A stretch of 53,665 bases of DNA from contig NC_068982.1 of assembly GCF_001194135.2 (NCBI RefSeq), positions 19,537,941-19,591,605 of the forward strand. Reading direction: 5' to 3'. This document shows, piece by piece, positions 1-14,153 of the stretch. The notes beneath the pieces were generated by a model, which did not search any database, was not told the origin of the DNA, and worked only from the letters and a program-made list of their open reading frames with translations. Both the position numbers and the translations under genes were made by a program. Source of the stretch: Octopus bimaculoides (lineage: Eukaryota). Position 1 is the stretch's first letter; the number at the start of each line of letters is the position of its first letter.

Positions 1-2
1 CT

Positions 3-294
3 CGAATGTGGAATCTAAAAACAGAAACAATTCCTATTATAGTAGGTGCCTTAGGTATAATGAAAAAATATTCAGACAAATACATAACAAAAACATGAGG
101 ACTTACAAATATATATAACATACAGAAAATTGCACTACTGGGCACAGCACACATCCTACGCAAAACACTTTCAATACAGTAACCATAAGAGCACCACAGC
201 AAACCACAGCACATACCCAAGGCGCACAGAGCTGCGCTCGGTAGTGAAGTGAAAGCACGTTATAAAAACAAAACTACTGAACAACAACAACAAC

Positions 295-360
<66 letters not shown>
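3..360 (+). mobile_element. 3' end of an R4/Dong-type non-LTR retrotransposon (RLE C-terminus, 3' UTR, (AAC/AAT)n tail)
   Basis: 3-182 translates as RMWNLKTETIPIIVGALGIMKKYSDKYITKT*GLTNIYNIQKIALLGTAHILRKTLSIQ*. The PIIVGALG and QKIALLGTAHIL motifs are typical of the RLE C-terminus of R4-clade elements. One internal stop; microsatellite tail at about 281-360. Confidence 0.85.
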
Positions 361-361
<1 letters not shown>

Positions 362-940
362 GCCTGATGTAGTACCAGGCAGTGGCTCCCATGGCTTTCG
401 ATCTTAACTGATTGGAAGTGCTATGATGTACATTGTATTGCCTTGGTATAAAAGATGGAGTACAGCAAATATAGTGCTCAATACCACAGATTCACTTGTC
501 AGTTGTTTGACATTATCCACTTGAGCATTTCTCTTACTGGCTCACAATATATGCATCGCTAATCTCCAGCAGAAGTAATGGTGGAGCGTCAAAGCCATGT
601 GTTGAGAGGAATTCTTTGGGGTTTGGATAATTCACCTTAGGAAACATGGGTGTTTCGTTCAATATCCTTAAACAACTCTTATTCAGGGACCTTTTAAGCG
701 GGATGGGCTGCTCGACCTGAAGAAAATTCTAACTGTTCCCCACCTGCAAGTTCATGCGCTGGTTATCCTCATATGAGATCACCATTTCTCATACATATGG
801 TTGTGAATGCATGTGCCTGGTGTACCGGCATCATACGGGTAGTCATAATAGGTGTACTGGGATTTGTATATTTTACCTCAGTGTCACTTTGGTGCCATAC
901 GCTGCTCTCTCACACAATAATAATAATAATAATAATAATA
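361..940 (+). repeat. Unclassified interspersed repeat ending in (AAT)n, probably a LINE 3' UTR or a non-autonomous retroposon
   Basis: Complex sequence bounded on both sides by (AAT)n arrays, with no recognisable coding motif. Repeat status rests on context and recollection only. Confidence 0.35.
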
Positions 941-944
941 GATC

Positions 945-1249
945 GGAAAACAGAGGTAACTGGATCGTTGATCCTAAAAATAGAAACAATTGCTATTATA
1001 GTGTGTGAATTAGGTATGATAAAAAAAAACAAACAGAAAATACATAACAAGTATATGTAACATGCAGAAAATAGCACTATTAGACACCGCACACATCCTA
1101 CATAAAACAATTTCAATACAGTGACAGTAACAGAATCACAAGAAGCTACAGAGCCACGGCGCGGCTCATGGTAAACAGAGCCGCGCTCATAGTGCAGACA
1201 GAGAGCGTTATAAAAATAAATCTACTGAATGATAATAATGATAATGATG

Positions 1250-1324
<75 letters not shown>

Positions 1325-1334
1325 GTAGTAGTAG
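945..1334 (+). mobile_element. Diverged second copy of the R4/Dong-type 3' end seen at 1-360
   Basis: Aligns by eye with 1-290 (e.g. cagaaaatagcactattagacaccgcacacatccta vs cagaaaattgcactactgggcacagcacacatccta); followed by (AAT)n. Confidence 0.8.
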
Positions 1335-1870
1335 NNNNNNNNNNNNNNNNNNNNNNNNNNNNNNNNNNNNNNNNNNNNNNNNNNNNNNNNNNNNNNNNNN
1401 NNNNNNNNNNNNNNNNNNNNNNNNNNNNNNNNNNNNNNNNNNNNNNNNNNNNNNNNNNNNNNNNNNNNNNNNNNNNNNNNNNNNNNNNNNNNNNNNNNNN
1501 NNNNNNNNNNNNNNNNNNNNNNNNNNNNNNNNNNNNNNNNNNNNNNNNNNNNNNNNNNNNNNNNNNNNNNNNNNNNNNNNNNNNNNNNNNNNNNNNNNNN
1601 NNNNNNNNNNNNNNNNNNNNNNNNNNNNNNNNNNNNNNNNNNNNNNNNNNNNNNNNNNNNNNNNNNNNNNNNNNNNNNNNNNNNNNNNNNNNNNNNNNNN
1701 NNNNNNNNNNNNNNNNNNNNNNNNNNNNNNNNNNNNNNNNNNNNNNNNNNNNNNNNNNNNNNNNNNNNNNNNNNNNNNNNNNNNNNNNNNNNNNNNNNNN
1801 NNNNNNNNNNNNNNNNNNNNNNNNNNNNNNNNNNNNNNNNNNNNNNNNNNNNNNNNNNNNNNNNNNNNNN
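1335..1870. other. Assembly gap (N run)
   Basis: Ns, flanked by trinucleotide microsatellite. Confidence 1.
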
Positions 1871-1912
1871 TATTATTATTATTATTATTATTATTATTAT
1901 CATTATTATCAT

Positions 1913-2526
1913 TGCCTTTGCACAGCTTCTAACGCTGGAGATGTACTACGGTGTCAGCTGTTCACTCCCAGTGAACTAAGGTAACACCTCTTATTTTTGG
2001 AGAACCTTCTGGAGTATTCGAGTGGTTCCAAGCAGTGTTGTTTTCTGCAAGTGCTCCACCTTTATTGCAGCCCCTATTTGTTCCACGTACTTCTCGAAAT
2101 TTTTGCTCACTGTTCCCAGGTCTCCAACAATTATTGGTACTACTGCTACCTTTTTTATCGACCACATCTGTTTAACTGCTCAAGTTAATCTGTCATATCT
2201 CTCGACTTTTCTTTCTTCATTATCGCATACCTTGTTATCAGCTGGGCATGCTATATCTATGATCCAGCATAGTTTACATTTAAGATTATATCTGGCTTCC
2301 TATTCTCTATCTCATGGTTGCACTGACTCATAAAATCCCATAGGATCTTTGCATTCTTTCATTCGATGATGCCTTCGGGTTTGTGGTCGTACCAATTTTT
2401 TGCTCTGTCAAGTCCATACATGTTGCAAAGTGTCCAATGGACAAACCTGGCTATATTTTCATGGCGTCTCTTATATTCCTTCAGGGCTAGTGGCGTACAT
2501 TGGTTGGTAATACAGCATACGGTTTC
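1913..2526 (-). mobile_element. 5'-truncated R4/Dong-type LINE (zinc-knuckle remnant plus RLE endonuclease)
   Basis: Minus strand reads ETVCCITNQCTPLALKEYKRRHENIARFVHWTLC...WYDHKP...KILWDF...KPDII...IIDIACP...VVPIIVGDLGT...QKTTLLGT, with stops and frameshifts. Both ends abut (TAA)n. Confidence 0.9.
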
Positions 2527-2527
2527 A

Positions 2528-2823
<296 letters not shown>

Positions 2824-3011
2824 GGCGAACTAGCAGAATCGTTAGCAGTATTTACTCTGCCACTACGTTCTATGTTCAAATTCCACCGCAGTCGACTTTG
2901 TCTTTCATTCTTTCCGAGTCGATTAAATTAGTACCAGTTTCTAACTAGTATCGATGCAATCGACTTAATCTCTTCCACCAAATTTCAGGCCTTGTGCCTA
3001 CAGTAGAAAGG
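2824..3011 (+). mobile_element. tRNA-headed SINE, family S1 (core gtcgactttgcctttcatcctttcggggtcgat, Deu/Nin-like)
   Basis: A-box-like tagcagaatcg, B-box-like gttcaaattcc, and a core shared with several copies in this window. Confidence 0.8.
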
Positions 3012-3035
3012 GACATTGTTATCATTATTATTTTT

Positions 3036-3727
3036 TTTAAGAGGTCTCACAGTATCCAATATCATGATGTTGTTGATTGAAGATATTGTGTCTACCGGTG
3101 GTTTGTACTGTCTGTCAAGTCACAACATGGCAGTATACAATATAAATGCAGTTCCAAGTAATGCTGATTTTTGTAATACACCTAGATAGTAAGGTATTTC
3201 TAAAGGTTCCAGATGTTTCTTTAGGTAGGGCGGTATTGAACTCAATGCTTCGATGACAACAGGGACAAACTTTATGCTTGAATCTCGTAGCTGCCACCTC
3301 TTAGCGTTCTCAATTCTCAAGTCTTCATATTTAACGATCTTTTCTCTTTCTTTCATGATAATATCTTGATCTCCTGGCACTGCCACATCAATTATTAAGC
3401 ACTCTTGCCTGTCCCTCCTAAAGATTAATATATCCGGCTTTTGGTGCCCTAACACCTTGTCTGCTTGAAAGTCAAAGTCCCAGAGGATTTTCGCCTTCCC
3501 TTTTTCGTCCATTACTTTTTCCGGTGTATGTCGTTACGAAGCATCCATTAGGACGTATCACAATTCCGGCATAGTAGCCAATCAAAGTTTTGATATACCC
3601 TGTCGTGTCTGCGCTTGTACGTTTTCTGCAAAAGACTTTCACAAGCACTGAGTCACTCTTTTGACCCTCTCCCCACACATTCTGCAGGCGTTCGTTGCAC
3701 TTTTGTGGTATATATCCCTTTTCACTG
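3036..3727 (-). mobile_element. R4/Dong-type LINE 3' fragment, second subfamily
   Basis: ORF 3120-3512 has KILWDF...KPDILI...IIDVAVP...K..KY (PD-(D/E)xK-type RLE) and QKSALLGTA. Upstream is a CRMCG...RHD zinc-knuckle remnant. Confidence 0.9.
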
Positions 3728-3740
3728 AGTTCTTCTTCTT

Positions 3741-3838
<98 letters not shown>

Positions 3839-3855
3839 TATTATTATTATTATTA

Positions 3856-4215
3856 TTACCTCCGCCTAGGCGGAAGCGGAGGTATTGTTTTCAGTCGTCT
3901 TTATTTGTTTGTTTGTTCGTGGACAAGAGATCTCAACAACTGCTGGATGGATTCTGATGCAAGTTTCAAGGATGTCTGGCCTTATGACTGGCACGAACGG
4001 ATTAGATTTTTGGATCCGGTACGGAACAAGGATTCTGGATTAATTTTCCTGTTTTTTACTTAATTTTTGAGAGCGGTCGGGTTCATTTTTAGTATTCTCG
4101 TTTATGAGAGCAGTCGAGTTTATTTCAGACATTCTCATTTTCAGAATAATCTCTGGCTAATCGTTGAGTGGATTTTGACGTTGCCTTAGCGGAGGTTTGC
4201 GCTCTATGAGTGCTC
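3856..4215 (+). mobile_element. Non-autonomous Helentron-type element (HINE, DINE-1/pearl-like)
   Basis: 5' acctccgc (3858-3865) with a nearby inverted copy gcggaggt (3876-3883), a short (GTTT)n tract, a 3' subterminal gcggaggt (4189-4196) and a terminal hairpin gcgctc-tat-gagtgc (4199-4213). Sits in T-rich microsatellite. Confidence 0.75.
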
Positions 4216-4221
4216 TTTTCG

Positions 4222-4327
<106 letters not shown>

Positions 4328-4461
4328 AGGTGTCGATCTGACAGAATCGTTAGCACATCGGGCGTAATGCTTAGCTGTATTTCGGCTGACGCTTCTTTCT
4401 TGGGGTCAATGTAATTGACTTTCCTCCTCCCAAAATTTCAGGCCCTTAGCTTGTAGTAGAA

Positions 4462-4463
<2 letters not shown>
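4328..4463 (+). mobile_element. SINE family S1, internally deleted
   Basis: Head gacagaatcgttagcacatcgggcgtaatgcttag and tail aaaatttcaggccctt...gtagtagaa match the other S1 copies. Confidence 0.75.
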
Positions 4464-4526
<63 letters not shown>

Positions 4527-4615
4527 CATTTTTATCATTATTATCATCATCATCATCATTATCATCATCATCATCATCATCATCATCATTATTATAATAA
4601 TTATTATTATTGTTG

Positions 4616-4662
<47 letters not shown>
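4464..4662. repeat. Compound (ATT)/(ATC)/(GTT) microsatellite
   Basis: Direct reading. Confidence 0.98.
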
Positions 4663-5149
4663 GCTATTGGGCATAGATCAGAAGAATCATTAGCTGACCA
4701 GACATACTGCCTTGTAGAGTATAGGATTGTTCTTATATATTTTGAGTTCAAATCCCGCCGATACATTCTATTGATCCATAGACCATTAAAATAATCTGTA
4801 GAACATGACAAGCTTTGTCTCCCATGAAAATTCCTAGCAATATGCATATGTAAGCATATATTATGGTTACGATCATATATGTGTATTGTAAATATACAAC
4901 AGGACTAATGAAATTGCGCAGCCAACTCCTCGAAATCCAATATAATCATGCCCAGTGAAATGGTAATCTTCTACCGTGCGAGAAAGAATAAGATTTACTG
5001 ATTTCAGTAATGTCCGTAAAATCGTTGATGTCCGACAGGAATGATGCAACACTACAATGACACCTTCTACCCTTCACTCAAGCACCATAAACAGCCACAT
5101 GTACGTCTCGCAAAGATTGGTTTCCCATAACCTGGAAAAGAGTTATGGC

Positions 5150-5205
5150 CACACAAAATGCAGTTCCAAGTAGTGTCGATTTTTTGTAATACACTTAGAT
5201 CGTAG
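5150..5205 (-). mobile_element. Short R4/Dong-type ORF C-terminal fragment
   Basis: Minus strand encodes [12 protein letters not shown], matching the 3150-3180 region. Confidence 0.55.
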
Positions 5206-5248
5206 GTGTATATATCTGTATCTATATCTATTTATCTATATATCTATA

Positions 5249-5301
<53 letters not shown>

Positions 5302-5351
5302 GCCTGTACACATAGATATGCATATATATGTATATATATATACATGTATAC

Positions 5352-5400
<49 letters not shown>

Positions 5401-5640
5401 TGTATATATGTATATATATGTGCATATATATATGTATTGTGTGAGCATGTATATATGCATATATATATATATATGTATATGTATATACATATACATATTT
5501 ATATATACACAATATATATTTATACAAATATATATATATATATATATATATGTGTTTGTATGTATGTTTATGTTTGTGTTTTTGTGTGAGTGTGTGTTCT
5601 AGTGTGTTAGTGTATGTATAAATCTATATATGTATATATA
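5206..5640. repeat. Compound (CT)/(TA)/(TG) dinucleotide microsatellite
   Basis: Direct reading. Confidence 0.97.
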
Positions 5641-6494
5641 TGGTGGCATCGTATGCGTATGTGTTTGTGTCTGAATGAGACGCATGCATTCCAGTCTGCC
5701 ATTTGGTCACAGAAAGTAGTAAAAGGAAGTAGAACTACAGATCTGTGATTCTAAGTTATCAATTCAATGTAAAAATATAAGTATGAAACGCACAATTATT
5801 TCAGCTGTTTTACAGAAAATAATTTTGACTCAAACTTTAATTTGGTAGTGCTTCTACTCTTTCTTATACTTTGTTAAAGGAAAACTATTTTCTGTGAATG
5901 TGAATTTATGAATAACATCATGCTAAGTTACCTTCAGATTATTTTAAATTATGGGCAATTTAAAATCATATATATTAAAAAAGACAAAAACAAACCTGAT
6001 CTGTGAGAATTTTATCTATTTTTCGTTGTGTAATGTTATTTTTTTTAATGTTTTAATTCCACTCAAATGAATTTTAATCACACTGAAGAACTTTCACAAT
6101 TGAAATATATGTAACATGTTCGTATTTTTATTTATATTTTGGAGTGTTTTTATATTGGTTTCAGCAACATGATCATTATAGCTCTTTCATACATTACACT
6201 TAATGCTTTTTATTCATATTGAACGAATTTTCATATACTTCTGCAAAAGCCCTCAATTTAAATAACATTGTGAACGTTAATAAATCATCCATCTAATATG
6301 AATAAAATTGATGCACACACATATTCACTCTCATATAGACAAACACACTACTACACACACTCTCTCTCTCACACGCATAATTCTATGTTTGTGTCTCGGT
6401 GCTTCCTCCAATATATTTCTATATCATGTGTTTACACAGGAGACCTCTAATATTACTACAACTTTTACTACAACTGCTAATACTAATACCACAA

Positions 6495-6524
6495 ATGATA
6501 ACAACAACAAATATAATAATAATG

Positions 6525-6585
<61 letters not shown>

Positions 6586-6592
6586 TAATAAT
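6495..6592. repeat. (AAT)n microsatellite
   Basis: Direct reading. Confidence 0.98.
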
Positions 6593-7573
6593 AGTATATT
6601 AATCAAAAGTGTCTACATTTTTCTCTTTAAAATGTAAAATTAAAAAGCGTTATCAAAATTCTGCCGAGTTTTATATCATTGGTTATTGTGGCATTAACAT
6701 TGTTTGCCTAGGAGCAATGCCAATGAAAATAATAGAGACATTCGATGTTTGAAGATTTTGAAATCAGCTTTCATGGTAGATGTATCATAGTATTATTTTC
6801 ATCCTTTATGTTAAAATTCTAAATAATTTCATTATTAGAAACGTTTGTTTTACAAAGAACAAAACATACATACGACAATTATTAGACTTTTCCAAGTATA
6901 TCTTCAATTCTTGTTAATCATCAAACTGAGTCTGTGAAAGCCTGTTATCTAATGATAATTGAAATAGAACAATTTCATTTGTAACCATATTGTAAAAAAT
7001 CCAAATACATATTCCTGTATGGGGAAAAACATATAATTACAAACATTTCATGTAAATGTTTTCACATATCTGAAACAATGTTCTGTGCTCCTAACATAAT
7101 AACTATTGCTTAACAATTTTCCTCTTCTACTGGAAAAATATCATGTTAAATAAAAACAACAAAAACAAATTACATTGGACAAATTGAAAATGATTACAAA
7201 AAATACAAAAAAAAAATACATATTTGCGTGGCAGCAGCATCAAGCGGTTCAGCTACCAATCATTTATTTGTACTTTGCTGATGGCGTTTTCTTTCAGATG
7301 AAACATTGCATATTTAGTTAATCCACTTTAAAGATATTGAAACGGGAAAAATGTTATATTGATACAATAATAAATTTGAAACAAAACAATTAGACAAGCA
7401 CATGAAAATAAATTATAGAAAAACTTAATGCAAGTTAATTAATGACATCTATCAGTAATTAACATTTTCCAGCGTTTTGGGTTTGAAACAGGTTTTGCAG
7501 CTTCAAAATGTTCTCAAAACTAGCTTCATCATGTGTCAAGATTTTTTTCTAATTTTATTTATCTGATATAATA

Positions 7574-8290
7574 NNNNNNNNNNNNNNNNNNNNNNNNNNN
7601 NNNNNNNNNNNNNNNNNNNNNNNNNNNNNNNNNNNNNNNNNNNNNNNNNNNNNNNNNNNNNNNNNNNNNNNNNNNNNNNNNNNNNNNNNNNNNNNNNNNN
7701 NNNNNNNNNNNNNNNNNNNNNNNNNNNNNNNNNNNNNNNNNNNNNNNNNNNNNNNNNNNNNNNNNNNNNNNNNNNNNNNNNNNNNNNNNNNNNNNNNNNN
7801 NNNNNNNNNNNNNNNNNNNNNNNNNNNNNNNNNNNNNNNNNNNNNNNNNNNNNNNNNNNNNNNNNNNNNNNNNNNNNNNNNNNNNNNNNNNNNNNNNNNN
7901 NNNNNNNNNNNNNNNNNNNNNNNNNNNNNNNNNNNNNNNNNNNNNNNNNNNNNNNNNNNNNNNNNNNNNNNNNNNNNNNNNNNNNNNNNNNNNNNNNNNN
8001 NNNNNNNNNNNNNNNNNNNNNNNNNNNNNNNNNNNNNNNNNNNNNNNNNNNNNNNNNNNNNNNNNNNNNNNNNNNNNNNNNNNNNNNNNNNNNNNNNNNN
8101 NNNNNNNNNNNNNNNNNNNNNNNNNNNNNNNNNNNNNNNNNNNNNNNNNNNNNNNNNNNNNNNNNNNNNNNNNNNNNNNNNNNNNNNNNNNNNNNNNNNN
8201 NNNNNNNNNNNNNNNNNNNNNNNNNNNNNNNNNNNNNNNNNNNNNNNNNNNNNNNNNNNNNNNNNNNNNNNNNNNNNNNNNNNNNNNNNN
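7574..8290. other. Assembly gap
   Basis: N run. Confidence 1.
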
Positions 8291-9355
8291 TATATATATT
8301 TGCATATAGATATACTTCTCTGTATATGTATATACGCAGCTTGTAGAAATTCAAAAGATATGTTTGAAATATTTTGTCTATTCTTGTTTTTTATGTAAGT
8401 CAGAGCAAATTGTTACTTGAAAAAATATAGTTTTTGATGTTTCTAAATTTGAGATGAATACAAAATAAATTGTTGTTGTATAATAAATGCATAATTATTT
8501 CGCTGAAGCAATTTCTCAAGATTTCTTTTCTATGATTTGTCTATACTGAGTTGTTTTAACAAGAATACCACTGTATGACGATGTCAATGAATTGATTGAT
8601 TTAATCGTAACAGATGAGATATGAAAACCACTTCATTGTTTCTGACGATTCACCACGAGAGTCATGTAATTGAGAAGCAACGGTATAATGGCTTTTATTA
8701 CTCATTGGTAAACGTTTCCTTTTGAATCTGTCATTACAATGAATATCAAAGAATTTCATGAACTACATTTCATTTCACAGCAAATAAAATCAATTTTTAC
8801 AGACTTAGGGAATAAATAATAAACATTCCTAACGCTAATCTTACAACTAACTAGAATAAGGAATATTACAATATTTGTTTTGCAGTCGGAAGTGCATTTC
8901 AACACATATTTCTGATATCCATCTTAGAGAAGAGAATATTAATAAATATAAATTTACCACTTATTAATCCAAATTATCTGTGCTCGTTTGTTGATACAGT
9001 GTACCTAAAGCTTATTCGTATCTCTCCCTCTTTAGATACTACTTCACAGAAACTGTATAATTTATGGATACATAATCCGATTGTAATTTTGTTATAAATA
9101 TAACAACAATCTAGTAGAATATTAGTGATTGAAAAGTGTAATTATTACTTTTTAATTTACAGTGAATTTGGGGTTTCTTATTCAATTCACGTGTGATGTT
9201 TAAGTCAGAGGAATTGAACTAATTATAATGGTTTAATAACACCCATTCTATTTCCTAATATTTTCGTCCTTCGACAAGTGGTTGCAAATAAAGAAAATCA
9301 TATATAGTGATAAGTTAGAAGAGAATAAAACATGTGTGAATTACATTATAAGAAA

Positions 9356-9542
9356 TGCAAGGGGCGCTGAAAAGTTCCTGGTTTTGGCTGAATGAATATA
9401 CATGAGGGTCAGTCAGTTATGATTATATTCAACATTTATTACAGCTGTTCTTCAGGTTTTTACAAGAATTTGGAAGTTTGGGCCTCCACCCAGGCATTTC
9501 GCGACACGCTTAAAGTCAAGAACTTTTCAGCACTGCCTCGTA
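9356..9542. mobile_element. Tc1/mariner-type MITE, about 190 bp
   Basis: Imperfect TIRs tgcaaggggcgctgaaaagttcctgg and caagaacttttcagcactgcctcgta, with a TA end. A partial relative lies at 23806-23880. Confidence 0.75.
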
Positions 9543-10512
9543 ATTGGTAAAATATCTCCTCAGAAATGATGGTTCATTTTGACGTGAAATGTATCTTCTA
9601 TTTTCCGTTGTAAACAAAAGCTATTTCAAATTAAAAACAACCACACACAATGCAGCTGTCTTGAAACTTTTCTGAATGAGAAATGAAACTATTCCACCGT
9701 TATTACAATTACAAGAGTGACTATCGAGCATATGACATTTCACTTTACTCGAACGTCAATATTAAGCAATGTTGGTGACGCAAACACATTTTACTTCCGA
9801 TAATCTGGTTTAGATATTAATTTGAAGACATTTTAGTTATATTAATCTCATGTATTGAAGATATTTTTAGTGTTATACTATGCATCTTCAATTTACTATA
9901 AATTATAGTATCATACTCAAGACAGAAGGAATGCTGCACGCATATTGTTATATCCTACACTTCATAACTCACACCTGTAGACAGCCTGAAAGAACCATTA
10001 AGGTATGTGAGAAATATTTCTGAATCAATTACATATATATCGTTTCTTACAAACTCTGGTTCACAATAACAGGCTTATTCAGAAGTTGATACGTAATGAA
10101 GACATAGAAATGTTACGTAAAATGATGTCAATTTGTAATTTTCTTTTTTCATAGCATTCTTCCTTAAAAGTCTCTTATTGGAATGTGAATATGTTAGATT
10201 GAAATAAAATAAATTTCCTCAATATTGATCGATTAGCTATCACAAGAAGACAAGAATGACTGACTGTATATTTAAAGCAAGTACAGCAATATATATGAAA
10301 GAGGTTTGTTGGTTAATGAACAAATTTTCAATTTTTCGTTTATCATACTGTATGTCGGATCAAATTCAGAATGAAGATTACTGCGTACCCTACGGTATCT
10401 GCGCTATTTGATGAAGTAAGACTAATAATATTTTAGGTGATTTCCAAAGCTGACATTTTCACATACACGTTCGTATATGTGGACATTCATATACACATAC
10501 TCACATACACAT

Positions 10513-10560
<48 letters not shown>

Positions 10561-10838
10561 GCTTTACATGAATGCTACTATATTTTTATATGTAACTTAA
10601 ATATTTCCCATAATTTATGTTGATATATTGACCTTGCGTATTTCGTAATTTATCTTCGTCCGATAATCATGTGCGTGCATAAGTTATCTTTGTTATTTTA
10701 GCTATAAACTTAAATACTATTATCAGATATTTGATAAAAATTAAAAAGGTTTCATAATCAATATTTTAAGGTGTTATCCTAGTTAATCCTATAATAAGAG
10801 AGATCGATAAAATGGAATTATTTTTTGACGTATATATT

Positions 10839-11050
10839 CTTTTCTACTCTAGGCACAAGGCCCGACATTTTGGGGGAGGAGGCCAGTCGATTAGATCTAA
10901 CCCAGTATGCAACTGGTACATAATCTATCGACCCTGAAATGATGAAAGGCAAAGTCGACCTCGAAGCAATTTGAACTCAGAACGTAAAGACAGACGAAAT
11001 ACTGCTAAGCATTTTACTCGGCGTGATAACGTTTCTGCCGGTTCGTCGCC
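10839..11050 (-). mobile_element. Full-length SINE family S1
   Basis: Reverse complement gives the head ggcgacgaaccggcagaaacgtta, B box gagttcaaatt, core gtcgactttgcctttcatc and tail ccttgtgcctagagtagaaa. Confidence 0.85.
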
Positions 11051-11202
11051 TTTTTCTACATATATTGAATTAGAAAAATCATAATTATTTTTCTGGTACA
11101 TTCCATGAATATCTTACACATTTTTGAGTTCAAATATCACTGGCTCGACTTTGCCTTTCATCATTTCGGGTGTTCAACACGTAAATTCGGAAGAAATGAT
11201 AC

Positions 11203-11358
11203 TAGGCCTTTCCACGGTGCAGTAAAGATTCTGCCAGCTCGCTGCCTGAATACTATTTCGTCTGTCTTTGTGCTCTGAGTTTACTTTCTAGCGAGGTCGA
11301 CCTTATTTTTCATCCCTTTGAGGTCGATGAAGAAAGTACCAGTCAAGCACCCAGATCG
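11203..11358 (+). mobile_element. SINE S1 copy whose 5' head (11203-11246) is inverted relative to the body (11254-11358)
   Basis: The minus strand of 11203-11246 reads ggcagcgagctggcagaatc. The plus strand resumes with tatttcgtctgtcttt...gaggtcgacc. Confidence 0.65.
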
Positions 11359-12989
11359 CATAATCGACTAGCCTTATTCCCACAAAAGTTTAAGCTATGT
11401 AACTATAGTAGAAAGCTATATTTACTCATAGCAATTTTCAATTCTTTAATACTGATATTCTTAGTAAATAGTAGAATTAAGCAAATCATCTTATCAACAA
11501 TGAACGCTTCCACACACGATTAAAATGGATTTCAATATTTATAATATTTCTAATTTCGAAAGATGTATTTGAAGCATTGAAAGTTTCGCAAGTGTAAAAG
11601 TAGTGTATGCAAAAAGCAAATTTGATCTGATGGAATTTTCAGTAATATTGTAAAATATCTCTTCTGAATTGATTTGCTTCCTGTGTAAAACAGGCAATTT
11701 GTAAAGGAATAAAATTATAGTGAAATGGCGTGACTTGTGTTAGCAGCATGCATCCAAATGTATGGGTCCAACTGAAAATTGGAAATTACATTGGTACGCA
11801 ATTCTTCGATTTTAATTGCCCTCACCGGATGCTTTCCGGGAATTGTTTCCTTTTTATACAATTCTCTATATGAATGGCAAGAAATATGCAATTTAAAATG
11901 CTTACTATTGATTGAGCACTAATACCTCTCTTGTGTTGATAATCACGAAATGGAAAATGATTTTCTATTTTCTTTCAACATTCTACATGATACAAATTTC
12001 TTTGTCGGTAACATCATTGGTTATATGCTTCATACACTCTCTTATATTCTTGATGACGCGTAACAAGTCTATGTCTGTGCAATTCAGAGCGAAGACATTT
12101 CACTAAACACTTTTACGTAATACACTTAACAAGTCCCTCCATTTAACATCACCAAATGATCCTTCATTGCCTTTATCAGAGTTCACTGCATCCGATCGCG
12201 TGTACTGATTAATTTCATTCAAAGGTTTTAGATCGAATAACTAATTATTTCGTATTCTCCTTTGATATGCTCCACTTATTTTGAAATAGACATACGTAAA
12301 CTGATCATGAATATATGGAAACACACGCATATATTTTCGTATGCATGTGTACAAATGCTGTCGCATATGTATGTGTATATGCATATATGTGTGTGTATGT
12401 GTGTGTATGCATGGATGTATGTATGTTGTGTAGTGTAGAAAATCGGTAAATTTTCAATGAAGCAAGAAATACAAAATCTTATGTTATTCTTGCAGTGAAT
12501 ATCCCACGTACGCCCCTCAAGATTATCAACTCCTGTATTATCGGTTTTATAGGATACTAAATGGTCCTATATGCAATAATTAACCCGAACTACCGAGCAG
12601 ATATCGTTCTACATTGCGGCAATCCAACAGCGGAAGATGGGACTGAAACCGGCTTACATAAGGAGTATTGATTGAAAAACACATCGAAAGCTTTTGAATG
12701 ATCTAAATTGATCAGATCCTCGCGCTCAGTATGATATATCACGTGAGATGGAGATTATCGTGGGTAATTCTGCTTAGGACAGCATGTTTGTGCTTTATCA
12801 GTCAGATCATCCACGAGAAGCCTCAACCTTAGTGAAAATTTTGAGCCGGAAACTATTAATGTGATCACATTGTTTAATTATTTTCTTCATTCTGCCGCCA
12901 TTTGTAGTCTCCCTGACCTTGGCATTTTCCCATTTACGTGCAGTAGCAACGCTGGTGACTTTGAATAAAAGTGAAAATTGTCATATTTC

Positions 12990-13465
<476 letters not shown>

Positions 13466-14153
13466 CAATTGATATTTCAAGTAATACTGTTACTTTATAT
13501 TTTAGAGATATTGAGTCAGTTTAAATAACTTCACTACTGTTAAATGTAATTTCCATAATCCTAGTCTACACTAAGTTACGCACGTTCGTCTCTTCGGTAT
13601 TTACGTCCATGATAGCATCGTCCTATTTGACATCCCGGTTTCATAATTTGGGTATGATATTTGAGAGACACTTGGTTGAGGCACCATGTAAGTCCTCGCA
13701 TCCTGGCTCTTTATGCATGATTACACCAGGATCAGAAATGTTTAAGTATCAGACATCCCAACCTACTCGGTGTACAATAATTGTGTTCTTTATTTTCTTG
13801 GATTAGCACGTTACGAGTTGTGATACGAGATGTGAAGTTCACTAATCAAGCAAGATATTTGATATTTTGCAGCGAAGGGAGAACATTTGTTGTGCCATTC
13901 ATGACTTTTACATAACCCGTAATGTTCAATTCAAACTATGCTCAAATTTTGAAAATATAGACACACTCTCAAAAACATACTTATGTATACATAAAGATAG
14001 ACATACATGTATCCATATATACATATATATGAATATATTATTTAAAATTATAATACAGGGTATCTAAGAGATTGACTCTAAAACCACAATAAATGTCCAT
14101 ATAGCATGAGTAGCGAAGACGAAGACCAAATAAACCAGTAAAATAACAAGATA

